A stretch of 64,000 nt of DNA, from NCBI GenBank assembly GCA_964016885.1, contig OZ024741.1, forward strand, positions 244,466,001 through 244,530,000. Direction: 5' to 3'. A model generated the notes under the pieces. That model was not told the origin of the DNA, searched no databases, and was given only the letters and a program-made list of their open reading frames with translations. Shown here in pieces: positions 41,428 to 55,900 of this stretch. Source of the stretch: Eledone cirrhosa. Lineage: Eukaryota. Made by a program: the position numbers and the translations under genes. The first letter of the stretch is position 1. Each line of letters starts with the position of its first letter.

Positions 41428-44400
41428 TCACACCACACTCAGCAAATGTGTGTCTGCACATGTACCAGTAATTACAGATCGATCCGACCACGGGCGGCCT
41501 GCCCACGATCGAAAAGGTAACTCCGCAGGCAAATTCGCATTTTTGTGATTCGTTTCTTCGAAGCACACCATTCGCTGGTGGACTTCAGCTTCCTCATTTA
41601 GCATGGGCAGCTTTTCTTGAAAATCACACCACACTCAGCAAATGTGTGTCTGCACATGTACCAGTAATTACAGATCGATCCGACCACGGGCGGCCGGCCC
41701 ACAATCGAAAAGGTAACTCCGCCGGCAAATCCGCATTTTTGTGATTCGTTTCTTCGAAGCACACCATTCGCCGCCGGACTTCAGCTTCCACATTTAGCAT
41801 GGGCAGCTTTTCTTGAAAATCACACCACACTCAGCAAATGTGTGTCTGCACATGTACCAGTAATTACAGATCGATCGGACCACGGGCGGCCGGCTCACGA
41901 TCGAAAAGGTAACTCCGCCGGCAAATCCGCATTTTTGTGATTCGTTTCTTCGAAGCACACCATTCGCCGGCGGACTTCAGCTTCCTCATTTAGCATGGGC
42001 AGCTTTTCTTGAAAATCACACCACACTCAGCAAATGTGTGTCTGCACATGTACCAGTAATTACAGATCGATCCGCCCACGGGTGGCCGCCCCACGATCTA
42101 AAATGTAACTCCGCCGGCAAATCCGCATTTTTGTGATTCGTTTCTTCGAAGCACACCATTCGCCGCCGGACTTCAGCTTCCACATTTAGCATGGGCAGCT
42201 TTTCTTGAAAATCACACCACACTCAGCAAATCTGTGTCTGCACATGTAACAGTAATTACAGATCGATCCGACCACGGGCGGTCAGCCCACGATCGAAAAG
42301 GTAACTCCGCCGGCAAATCCGCATTTTTGTGATTCGTTTCTTCGAAGCACACCATTCGCCGCCGGACTTCAGCTTCCTCATTTAGCATGGGCAGCTTTTC
42401 TTGCAAATCACACTACACACAGCAAATCTGTGTCTGCACATGTACCAGTAACTACAGATCGATCCGACCACGGGCGGCCGGCCCGCGATTGAAAAGGTAG
42501 CTCCGCCAGCAAATCGTCATTTTTTGATTCGTTTTCTTCGAAGCACACCATTCGCCGGCGGACTTTGTTGACGTTTAACACGGTTTGGTTCCACAGCCAC
42601 AACTATTGATTTTACGGAGATATCTTGCTGAAATTCACGCCACACATACCCAATGAGTGTCTGCACATGTACCAGTAAATACAGATCGATCCGCCCACGG
42701 GTGGCCGGCCCACGATCTAAAATGTAACTCCGCCGGCAAATCCGCATTTTTGTGATTAGTTTCTTCGAAGCACACCATTCGCCGCCGGACTTGAGCTTCC
42801 TCATTTAGCATGGGCAGCTTTTCTTGAAAATCACACCACACTCAGCAAATGTGTGTCTGCACATGTACCAGTAACTACAGATCGATCCGACCACGGGCGG
42901 CCTGCCCCCGATCGAAAAGGTAACTCCGCAGGCAAATTCGCATTTTTGTGATTCGTTTCTTCGAAGCACACCATTCGCTGGTGGTCTTCAGCTTCCTCAT
43001 TTAGCATGGGCAGCTTTTCTTGAAAATCACACCACACTCAGCAAATGTGTGTCTGCACATGTACCAGTAATTACAGATCGATCCGCCCACGGGTGGCCGG
43101 CCCACGATCGAAAATGTAACTCCGCCGGCAAATCCGCATTTTTGTGATTCGTTTCTTCGAAGCACACCATTCGCCGCCGGACTTCAGCTTCCACATTTAG
43201 CATGGGCAGCTTTTCTTGAAAATCACACTACACACAGCAAATCTGTGTCTGCACATGTACCAGTAACTACAGATCGATCCGACCACGGGCGGCCGGCCCG
43301 CGATTGAAAAGGTAGCTCCGCCAGCAAATCGTCAATTTTTGATTCGTTTTCTTCGAAGCACACGATTCGCCGGCGGACTTTGTTGACGTTTAACACGGTT
43401 TGGTTCCACAGCCACAACTATTGATGTTACGGAGATATCTTGCTGAAATTCACGCCACACATAGCCAATGATTGTCTGCACATGTACCAGTAATTACAGA
43501 TCGATCCGACCACGGGTGGCCGGCCCGCGATTGAAAAGGTAACTCCGCCAGCAAATCGTCATTTTTGGATTCGTTTTCTTCGAAGCACACCATTCGCCGG
43601 CGGACTTTGTTGACGTTTAACACGGTTTGGTTCCACAGCCACAACTATTGATTTTACGGAGATATCTTGCTGAAATTCACGCCACACATACCCAATGGGT
43701 GTCTGCACATGTACCAGTAATTACAGATCGATCCGCCCACGGGTGGCCGGCCCACGATCTAAAATGTAACTCCGCCGGCAAATCCGCATTTTTGTGATTA
43801 GTTTCTTCGAAGCACACCATTCGCCGCCGGACTTGAGCTTCCTCATTTAGCATGGGCAGCTTTTCTTGAAAATCACACCACACTCAGCAAATGTGTGTCT
43901 GCACATGTACCAGTAATTACAGATCGATCGGACCACGGGCGGCCGGCTCACGATCGAAAAGGTAACTCCGCCGGCAAATCCGCATTTTTGTGATTCGTTT
44001 CTTCGAAGCACACCATTCGCCGCCGGACTTCAGCTTCCTCATTTAGCATGGGCAGCTTTTCTTGCAAATCACACTACACACAGCAAATCTGTGTCTGCAC
44101 ATGTACCAGTAACTACAGATCGATCCGACCACGGGCGGCCGGCCCACGATCGAAAAGGTAACTCCGCCGGCAAATCGTCATTTTTGGATTCGTTTTCTTC
44201 GAAGCACACCATTCGCCGGCGGACTTTGTTGACGTTTAACACGGTTTGGTTCCACAGCCACAACTATTGATTTTACGGAGATATCCTGCTGAAATTCACG
44301 CCACAAATACCCAATGAGTGTCTGCACATGTACCAGTAAATACAGATCGATCCGCCCACGGGTGGCCGGCCCACGATCTAAAATGTAACTCCGCCGGCAA

Positions 44401-47400
44401 ATCCGCATTTTTGTGATTCGTTTCTTCGAAGCACACCATTCGCTGGTGGACTTCAGCTTCCTCATTTAGAATGGGCAGCTTTTCTTGAAAATCACACCAC
44501 ACTCAGCAAATGTGTGTCTGCACATGTACCAGTAATTACAGATCGATCCGCCCACGGGCGGCCGGCTCACGATCGAAAATGTAACTCCGCCGGCAAATTC
44601 GCATTTTTGTGATTCGTTTCTTCGAAGCACACCATTCGCCGCCGGACTTCAGCTTCCTCATTTAGCATGGGCAGCTTTTCTTGAAAATCACACCACACTC
44701 AGCAAATGTGTGTCTGCACATGTACCAGTAATTACAGATCGATCGGCCCACGGGCGGCCGGCTCACGATCGAAAAGGTAACTCCGCCGGCAAATCCGCAT
44801 TTTTGTGATTCGTTTCTTCGAAGCACACCATTCGCCGCCGGACTTCAGCTTCCACATTTAGCATGGGCAGCTTTTCTTGAAAATCACACCACACTCAGCA
44901 ACTGTGTGTCTGCACATGTACCAATAATTACAGATCGATCGGACCACGGGCGGCCGGCTCACGATCAAAAAGGTAACTCCGCCGGCAAATCCGCATTTTT
45001 GTGATTCGTTTCTTCGAAGCACACCATTCGCCGCCGGACTTCAGCTTCCTCATTTAGCATGGGCAGCTTTTCTTGAAAATCACACCACACTCAGCAAATT
45101 TGTGTCTGCACATGTACCAGTAATTACAGATCGATCCGACCACGGGCGGCCGGCCCACGATCGAAAAGGTAACTCCGCCGGCAAATCCGCATTTTTGTGA
45201 TTCGTTTCTTCGAAGCACACCATTCGCCGCCGGACTTCAGCTTCCACATTTAGCATGGGCAGCTTTTCTTGAAAATCACACCACTCTCAGCAAATGTGTG
45301 TCTGCACATGTACCAGTAATTACAGATCGATCGGACCACGGGCGGCCGGCTCACGATCGAAAAGGTAACTCCGCCGGCAAATCCGCATTTTTGTGATTCG
45401 TTTCTTCGAAGCACACCATTCGCCGCCGGACTTCAGCTTCCTCATTTAGCATGGGCAGCTTTTCTTGAAAATCACACCACACTCAGCAAATGTGTGTCTG
45501 CACATGTACCAGTAATTACAGATCGATCGGACCACGGGCGGCCGGCTCACGATCGAAAAGGTAACTCCGCCGGCAAATCCGCATTTTTGTGATTCGTTTC
45601 TTCGAAGCACACCATTCGCCGCCGGACTTCAGCTTCCTCATTTAGCATGGGCAGCTTTTCTTGAAAATCACACCACACTCAGCAAATGTGTGTCTGCACA
45701 TGTACCAGTAATTACAGATCGATCCGACCACGGGCGGCCTGCCCACGATCGAAAAGGTAACTCCGCAGGCAAATTCGCATTTTTGTGATTCGTTTCTTCG
45801 AAGCACACCATTCGCTGGTGGACTTCAGCTTCCTCATTTAGCATGGGCAGCTTTTCTTGAAAATCACACCACACTCAGCAAATGTGTGTCTGCACATGTA
45901 CCAGTAATTACAGATCGATCCGACCACGGGCGGCCGGCCCACAATCGAAAAGGTAACTCCGCCGGCAAATCCGCATTTTTGTGATTCGTTTCTTCGAAGC
46001 ACACCATTCGCCGCCGGACTTCAGCTTCCACATTTAGCATGGGCAGCTTTTCTTGAAAATCACACCACACTCAGCAAATGTGTGTCTGCACATGTACCAG
46101 TAATTACAGATCGATCGGACCACGGGCGGCCGGCTCACGATCGAAAAGGTAACTCCGCCGGCAAATCCGCATTTTTGTGATTCGTTTCTTCGAAGCACAC
46201 CATTCGCCGGCGGACTTCAGCTTCCTCATTTAGCATGGGCAGCTTTTCTTGAAAATCACACCACACTCAGCAAATGTGTGTCTGCACATGTACCAGTAAT
46301 TACAGATCGATCCGCCCACGGGTGGCCGCCCCACGATCTAAAATGTAACTCCGCCGGCAAATCCGCATTTTTGTGATTCGTTTCTTCGAAGCACACCATT
46401 CGCCGCCGGACTTCAGCTTCCACATTTAGCATGGGCAGCTTTTCTTGAAAATCACACCACACTCAGCAAATCTGTGTCTGCACATGTAACAGTAATTACA
46501 GATCGATCCGACCACGGGCGGTCAGCCCACGATCGAAAAGGTAACTCCGCCGGCAAATCCGCATTTTTGTGATTCGTTTCTTCGAAGCACACCATTCGCC
46601 GCCGGACTTCAGCTTCCTCATTTAGCATGGGCAGCTTTTCTTGCAAATCACACTACACACAGCAAATCTGTGTCTGCACATGTACCAGTAACTACAGATC
46701 GATCCGACCACGGGCGGCCGGCCCGCGATTGAAAAGGTAGCTCCGCCAGCAAATCGTCATTTTTTGATTCGTTTTCTTCGAAGCACACCATTCGCCGGCG
46801 GACTTTGTTGACGTTTAACACGGTTTGGTTCCACAGCCACAACTATTGATTTTACGGAGATATCTTGCTGAAATTCACGCCACACATACCCAATGGGTGT
46901 CTGCACATGTACCAGTAATTACAGATCGATCCGCCCACGGGTGGCCGGCCCACGATCTAAAATGTAACTCCGCCGGCAAATCCGCATTTTTGTGATTAGT
47001 TTCTTCGAAGCACACCATTCGCCGCCGGACTTGAGCTTCCTCATTTAGCATGGGCAGCTTTTCTTGAAAATCACACCACACTCAGCAAATGTGTGTCTGC
47101 ACATGTACCAGTAATTACAGATCGATCGGACCACGGGCGGCCGGCTCACGATCGAAAAGGTAACTCCGCCGGCAAATCCGCATTTTTGTGATTCGTTTCT
47201 TCGAAGCACACCATTCGCCGCCGGACTTCAGCTTCCTCATTTAGCATGGGCAGCTTTTCTTGCAAATCACACTACACACAGCAAATCTGTGTCTGCACAT
47301 GTACCAGTAACTACAGATCGATCCGACCACGGGCGGCCGGCCCACGATCGAAAAGGTAACTCCGCCGGCAAATCGTCATTTTTGGATTCGTTTTCTTCGA

Positions 47401-50400
47401 AGCACACCATTCGCCGGCGGACTTTGTTGACGTTTAACACGGTTTGGTTCCACAGCCACAACTATTGATTTTACGGAGATATCCTGCTGAAATTCACGCC
47501 ACAAATACCCAATGAGTGTCTGCACATGTACCAGTAAATACAGATCGATCCGCCCACGGGTGGCCGGCCCACGATCTAAAATGTAACTCCGCCGGCAAAT
47601 CCGCATTTTTGTGATTCGTTTCTTCGAAGCACACCATTCGCTGGTGGACTTCAGCTTCCTCATTTAGAATGGGCAGCTTTTCTTGAAAATCACACCACAC
47701 TCAGCAAATGTGTGTCTGCACATGTACCAGTAATTACAGATCGATCCGCCCACGGGCGGCCGGCTCACGATCGAAAATGTAACTCCGCCGGCAAATTCGC
47801 ATTTTTGTGATTCGTTTCTTCGAAGCACACCATTCGCCGCCGGACTTCAGCTTCCTCATTTAGCATGGGCAGCTTTTCTTGAAAATCACACCACACTCAG
47901 CAAATGTGTGTCTGCACATGTACCAGTAATTACAGATCGATCGGCCCACGGGCGGCCGGCTCACGATCGAAAAGGTAACTCCGCCGGCAAATCCGCATTT
48001 TTGTGATTCGTTTCTTCGAAGCACACCATTCGCCGCCGGACTTCAGCTTCCACATTTAGCATGGGCAGCTTTTCTTGAAAATCACACCACACTCAGCAAC
48101 TGTGTGTCTGCACATGTACCAATAATTACAGATCGATCGGACCACGGGCGGCCGGCTCACGATCAAAAAGGTAACTCCGCCGGCAAATCCGCATTTTTGT
48201 GATTCGTTTCTTCGAAGCACACCATTCGCCGCCGGACTTCAGCTTCCTCATTTAGCATGGGCAGCTTTTCTTGAAAATCACACCACACTCAGCAAATTTG
48301 TGTCTGCACATGTACCAGTAATTACAGATCGATCCGACCACGGGCGGCCGGCCCACGATCGAAAAGGTAACTCCGCCGGCAAATCCGCATTTTTGTGATT
48401 CGTTTCTTCGAAGCACACCATTCGCCGCCGGACTTCAGCTTCCACATTTAGCATGGGCAGCTTTTCTTGAAAATCACACCACTCTCAGCAAATGTGTGTC
48501 TGCACATGTACCAGTAATTACAGATCGATCGGACCACGGGCGGCCGGCTCACGATCGAAAAGGTAACTCCGCCGGCAAATCCGCATTTTTGTGATTCGTT
48601 TCTTCGAAGCACACCATTCGCCGCCGGACTTCAGCTTCCTCATTTAGCATGGGCAGCTTTTCTTGAAAATCACACCACACTCAGCAAATGTGTGTCTGCA
48701 CATGTACCAGTAATTACAGATCGATCGGACCACGGGCGGCCGGCTCACGATCGAAAAGGTAACTCCGCCGGCAAATCCGCATTTTTGTGATTCGTTTCTT
48801 CGAAGCACACCATTCGCCGCCGGACTTCAGCTTCCTCATTTAGCATGGGCAGCTTTTCTTGAAAATCACACCACACTCAGCAAATGTGTGTCTGCACATG
48901 TACCAGTAATTACAGATCGATCCGACCACGGGCGGCCTGCCCACGATCGAAAAGGTAACTCCGCAGGCAAATTCGCATTTTTGTGATTCGTTTCTTCGAA
49001 GCACACCATTCGCTGGTGGACTTCAGCTTCCTCATTTAGCATGGGCAGCTTTTCTTGAAAATCACACCACACTCAGCAAATGTGTGTCTGCACATGTACC
49101 AGTAATTACAGATCGATCCGACCACGGGCGGCCGGCCCACAATCGAAAAGGTAACTCCGCCGGCAAATCCGCATTTTTGTGATTCGTTTCTTCGAAGCAC
49201 ACCATTCGCCGCCGGACTTCAGCTTCCACATTTAGCATGGGCAGCTTTTCTTGAAAATCACACCACACTCAGCAAATGTGTGTCTGCACATGTACCAGTA
49301 ATTACAGATCGATCGGACCACGGGCGGCCGGCTCACGATCGAAAAGGTAACTCCGCCGGCAAATCCGCATTTTTGTGATTCGTTTCTTCGAAGCACACCA
49401 TTCGCCGGCGGACTTCAGCTTCCTCATTTAGCATGGGCAGCTTTTCTTGAAAATCACACCACACTCAGCAAATGTGTGTCTGCACATGTACCAGTAATTA
49501 CAGATCGATCCGCCCACGGGTGGCCGCCCCACGATCTAAAATGTAACTCCGCCGGCAAATCCGCATTTTTGTGATTCGTTTCTTCGAAGCACACCATTCG
49601 CCGCCGGACTTCAGCTTCCACATTTAGCATGGGCAGCTTTTCTTGAAAATCACACCACACTCAGCAAATCTGTGTCTGCACATGTAACAGTAATTACAGA
49701 TCGATCCGACCACGGGCGGTCAGCCCACGATCGAAAAGGTAACTCCGCCGGCAAATCCGCATTTTTGTGATTCGTTTCTTCGAAGCACACCATTCGCCGC
49801 CGGACTTCAGCTTCCTCATTTAGCATGGGCAGCTTTTCTTGCAAATCACACTACACACAGCAAATCTGTGTCTGCACATGTACCAGTAACTACAGATCGA
49901 TCCGACCACGGGCGGCCGGCCCGCGATTGAAAAGGTAGCTCCGCCAGCAAATCGTCATTTTTTGATTCGTTTTCTTCGAAGCACACCATTCGCCGGCGGA
50001 CTTTGTTGACGTTTAACACGGTTTGGTTCCACAGCCACAACTATTGATTTTACGGAGATATCTTGCTGAAATTCACGCCACACATACCCAATGAGTGTCT
50101 GCACATGTACCAGTAAATACAGATCGATCCGCCCACGGGTGGCCGGCCCACGATCTAAAATGTAACTCCGCCGGCAAATCCGCATTTTTGTGATTAGTTT
50201 CTTCGAAGCACACCATTCGCCGCCGGACTTGAGCTTCCTCATTTAGCATGGGCAGCTTTTCTTGAAAATCACACCACACTCAGCAAATGTGTGTCTGCAC
50301 ATGTACCAGTAACTACAGATCGATCCGACCACGGGCGGCCTGCCCCCGATCGAAAAGGTAACTCCGCAGGCAAATTCGCATTTTTGTGATTCGTTTCTTC

Positions 50401-52909
50401 GAAGCACACCATTCGCTGGTGGTCTTCAGCTTCCTCATTTAGCATGGGCAGCTTTTCTTGAAAATCACACCACACTCAGCAAATGTGTGTCTGCACATGT
50501 ACCAGTAATTACAGATCGATCCGCCCACGGGTGGCCGGCCCACGATCGAAAATGTAACTCCGCCGGCAAATCCGCATTTTTGTGATTCGTTTCTTCGAAG
50601 CACACCATTCGCCGCCGGACTTCAGCTTCCACATTTAGCATGGGCAGCTTTTCTTGAAAATCACACTACACACAGCAAATCTGTGTCTGCACATGTACCA
50701 GTAACTACAGATCGATCCGACCACGGGCGGCCGGCCCGCGATTGAAAAGGTAGCTCCGCCAGCAAATCGTCAATTTTTGATTCGTTTTCTTCGAAGCACA
50801 CGATTCGCCGGCGGACTTTGTTGACGTTTAACACGGTTTGGTTCCACAGCCACAACTATTGATGTTACGGAGATATCTTGCTGAAATTCACGCCACACAT
50901 AGCCAATGATTGTCTGCACATGTACCAGTAATTACAGATCGATCCGACCACGGGTGGCCGGCCCGCGATTGAAAAGGTAACTCCGCCAGCAAATCGTCAT
51001 TTTTGGATTCGTTTTCTTCGAAGCACACCATTCGCCGGCGGACTTTGTTGACGTTTAACACGGTTTGGTTCCACAGCCACAACTATTGATTTTACGGAGA
51101 TATCTTGCTGAAATTCACGCCACACATACCCAATGGGTGTCTGCACATGTACCAGTAATTACAGATCGATCCGCCCACGGGTGGCCGGCCCACGATCTAA
51201 AATGTAACTCCGCCGGCAAATCCGCATTTTTGTGATTAGTTTCTTCGAAGCACACCATTCGCCGCCGGACTTGAGCTTCCTCATTTAGCATGGGCAGCTT
51301 TTCTTGAAAATCACACCACACTCAGCAAATGTGTGTCTGCACATGTACCAGTAATTACAGATCGATCGGACCACGGGCGGCCGGCTCACGATCGAAAAGG
51401 TAACTCCGCCGGCAAATCCGCATTTTTGTGATTCGTTTCTTCGAAGCACACCATTCGCCGCCGGACTTCAGCTTCCTCATTTAGCATGGGCAGCTTTTCT
51501 TGCAAATCACACTACACACAGCAAATCTGTGTCTGCACATGTACCAGTAACTACAGATCGATCCGACCACGGGCGGCCGGCCCACGATCGAAAAGGTAAC
51601 TCCGCCGGCAAATCGTCATTTTTGGATTCGTTTTCTTCGAAGCACACCATTCGCCGGCGGACTTTGTTGACGTTTAACACGGTTTGGTTCCACAGCCACA
51701 ACTATTGATTTTACGGAGATATCCTGCTGAAATTCACGCCACAAATACCCAATGAGTGTCTGCACATGTACCAGTAAATACAGATCGATCCGCCCACGGG
51801 TGGCCGGCCCACGATCTAAAATGTAACTCCGCCGGCAAATCCGCATTTTTGTGATTCGTTTCTTCGAAGCACACCATTCGCTGGTGGACTTCAGCTTCCT
51901 CATTTAGAATGGGCAGCTTTTCTTGAAAATCACACCACACTCAGCAAATGTGTGTCTGCACATGTACCAGTAATTACAGATCGATCCGCCCACGGGCGGC
52001 CGGCTCACGATCGAAAATGTAACTCCGCCGGCAAATTCGCATTTTTGTGATTCGTTTCTTCGAAGCACACCATTCGCCGCCGGACTTCAGCTTCCTCATT
52101 TAGCATGGGCAGCTTTTCTTGAAAATCACACCACACTCAGCAAATGTGTGTCTGCACATGTACCAGTAATTACAGATCGATCGGCCCACGGGCGGCCGGC
52201 TCACGATCGAAAAGGTAACTCCGCCGGCAAATCCGCATTTTTGTGATTCGTTTCTTCGAAGCACACCATTCGCCGCCGGACTTCAGCTTCCACATTTAGC
52301 ATGGGCAGCTTTTCTTGAAAATCACACCACACTCAGCAACTGTGTGTCTGCACATGTACCAATAATTACAGATCGATCGGACCACGGGCGGCCGGCTCAC
52401 GATCAAAAAGGTAACTCCGCCGGCAAATCCGCATTTTTGTGATTCGTTTCTTCGAAGCACACCATTCGCCGCCGGACTTCAGCTTCCTCATTTAGCATGG
52501 GCAGCTTTTCTTGAAAATCACACCACACTCAGCAAATTTGTGTCTGCACATGTACCAGTAATTACAGATCGATCCGACCATGGGCGGCCGGCCCACGATC
52601 GAAAAGGTAACTCCGCCGGCAAATCCGCATTTTTGTGATTCGTTTCTTCGAAGCACACCATTCGCCGCCGGACTTCAGCTTCCACATTTAGCATGGGCAG
52701 CTTTTCTTGAAAATCACACCACTCTCAGCAAATGTGTGTCTGCACATGTACCAGTAATTACAGATCGATCGGACCACGGGCGGCCGGCTCACGATCGAAA
52801 AGGTAACTCCGCCGGCAAATCCGCATTTTTGTGATTCGTTTCTTCGAAGCACACCATTCGCCGCCGGACTTCAGCTTCCTCATTTAGCATGGGCAGCTTT
52901 TCTTGAAAA
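41428..52909. repeat. 21-mer (4240 bp), 16-mer (3198 bp) and near-complete 21-mer HOR series
   Basis: The CCCACAATCG marker monomer lies at 41624, 45864 and 49062. The GATATCCTG/CACAAATAC 227-mer lies at 44069, 47267 and 51507. 4240 = 17 x 196 + 4 x 227, and 3198 = 14 x 196 + 2 x 227. Confidence 0.9.
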
Positions 52910-55900
52910 TCACACCACACTCAGCAAATGTGTGTCTGCACATGTACCAGTAATTACAGATCGATCCGCCCACGGGTGGCCGGCCCACGATCGAAAATGT
53001 AACTCCGCCGGCAAATCCGCATTTTTGTGATTCGTTTCTTCGAAGCACACCATTCGCCGCCGGACTTCAGCTTCCACATTTGACATGGGCAGCTTTTCTT
53101 AAAAATCACACCACACTCAGCAAATTTGTGTCTGCACATGTACCAGTAATTACAGATCGATCGGACCACGGGCGGCCGGCTCACGATCGAAAAGGTAACT
53201 CCGCCGGCAAATCCGCATTTTTGTGATTCGTTTCTTCGAAGCACACCATTCGCCGCCGGACTTCAGCTTCCTCATTTAGCATGGGCAGCTTTTCTTGAAA
53301 ATCACACCACACTCAGCAAATGTGTGTCTGCACATGTACCAGTAATTACAGATCGATCCGCCCACGGGTAGCCGGCCCACGATAGAAAATATAACTCCGC
53401 CGGCAAATCCGCATTTTTGTGATTCGTTTCTTCGAAGCACACCATTCGCCGCCGGACTTCAGCTTCCTCATTTAGCATGGGCAGCTTTTCTTGAAAATCA
53501 CACCACACTCAGCAAATGTGTGTCTGCACATGTACCAGTAATTACAGATCGATCCGACCACGGGCGGTCAGCCCACGATCGAAAAGGTAACTCCGCCGGC
53601 AAATCCGCATTTTTGTGATTCGTTTCTTCGAAGCACACCATTCGCCGCCGGACTTCAGCTTCCTCATTTAGCATGGGCAGCTTTTCTTGCAAATCACACT
53701 ACACACAGCAAATCTGTGTCTGCACATGTACCAGTAACTACAGATCGATCCGACCACGGGCAGCCGGCCCGCGATTGAAAAGGTAACTCCGCCGGCAAAT
53801 CCGCATTTTTGTGATTCGTTTCTTCGAAGCACACCATTCGCCGCCGGACTTCAGCTTCCACATTTAGCATGGGCAGCTTTTCTTGAAAATCACACCACTC
53901 TCAGCAAATGTGTGTCTGCACATGTACCAGTAATTACAGATCGATCGGACCACGGGCGGCCGGCTCACGATCGAAAAGGTAACTCCGCCGGCAAATCCGC
54001 ATTTTTGTGATTCGTTTCTTCGAAGCACACCATTCGCCGCCGGACTTCAGCTTCCTCATTTAGCATGGGCAGCTTTTCTTGAAAATCACACCACACTCAG
54101 CAAATGTGTGTCTGCACATGTACCAGTAATTACAGATCGATCCGCCCACGGGTGGCCGGCCCACGATCGAAAATGTAACTCCGCCGGCAAATCCGCATTT
54201 TTGTGATTCGTTTCTTCGAAGCACACCATTCGCCGCCGGACTTCAGCTTCCACATTTGACATGGGCAGCTTTTCTTAAAAATCACACCACACTCAGCAAA
54301 TTTGTGTCTGCACATGTACCAGTAATTACAGATCGATCGGACCACGGGCGGCCGGCTCACGATCGAAAAGGTAACTCCGCCGGCAAATCCGCATTTTTGT
54401 GATTCGTTTCTTCGAAGCACACCATTCGCCGCCGGACTTCAGCTTCCTCATTTAGCATGGGCAGCTTTTCTTGAAAATCACACCACACTCAGCAAATGTG
54501 TGTCTGCACATGTACCAGTAATTACAGATCGATCCGACCACGGGCGGCCTGCCCACGATCGAAAAGGTAACTCCGCAGGCAAATTCGCATTTTTGTGATT
54601 CGTTTCTTCGAAGCACACCATTCGCTGGTGGACTTCAGCTTCCTCATTTAGCATGGGCAGCTTTTCTTGAAAATCACACCACACTCAGCAAATGTGTGTC
54701 TGCACATGTACCAGTAATTACAGATCGATCCAACCACGGGCGGCCGGCCCACGATCGAAAAGGTAACTCCGCCGGCAAATCCGCATTTTTGTGATTCGTT
54801 TCTTCGAAGCACACCATTCGCCGCCGGACTTCAGCTTCCACATTTAGCATGGGCAGCTTTTCTTGAAAATCACACCACACTCAGCAAATGTGTGTCTGCA
54901 CATGTACCAGTAATTACAGATCGATCGGACCACGGGCGGCCGGCTCACGATCGAAAAGGTAACTCCGCCGGCAAATCCGCATTTTTGTGATTCGTTTCTT
55001 CGAAGCACACCATTCGCCGGCGGACTTCAGCTTCCTCATTTAGCATGGGCAGCTTTTCTTGAAAATCACACCACACTCAGCAAATGTGTGTCTGCACATG
55101 TACCAGTAATTACAGATCGATCCGCCCACGGGTGGCCGCCCCACGATCTAAAATGTAACTCCGCCGGCAAATCCGCATTTTTGTGATTCGTTTCTTCGAA
55201 GCACACCATTCGCCGCCGGACTTCAGCTTCCACATTTAGCATGGGCAGCTTTTCTTGAAAATCACACCACACTCAGCAAATCTGTGTCTGCACATGTAAC
55301 AGTAATTACAGATCGATCCGACCACGGGCGGTCAGCCCACGATCGAAAAGGTAACTTAACTCCGCCGGCAAATCCGCATTTTTGTGATTCGTTTCTTCGA
55401 AGCACACCATTCGCCGCCGGACTTCAGCTTCCTCATTTAGCATGGGCAGCTTTTCTTGCAAATCACACTACACACAGCAAATCTGTGTCTGCACATGTAC
55501 CAGTAACTACAGATCGATCCGACCACGGGCAGCCGGCCCGCGATTGAAAAGGTAACTCCGCCGGCAAATCGTCATTTTTGGATTCGTTTTCTTCGAAGCA
55601 CACCATTCGCCGGCGGACTTTGTTGACGTTTAACACGGTTTGGTTCCACAGCCACAACTATTGATTTTACGGAGATATCTTGCTGGAATTCACGCCACAC
55701 ATACCCAATGAGTGTCTGCACATGTACCAGTAAATACAGATCGATCCGCCCACGGGTGGCCGGCCCACGATCTAAAATGTAACTCCGCCCGCAAATCCGC
55801 ATTTTTGTGATTAGTTTGTTCGAAGCACACCATTCGCCGCCGGACTTGAGCTTCCTCATTTAGCATGGACAGCTTTTCTTGAAAATCACACCACACTCAG

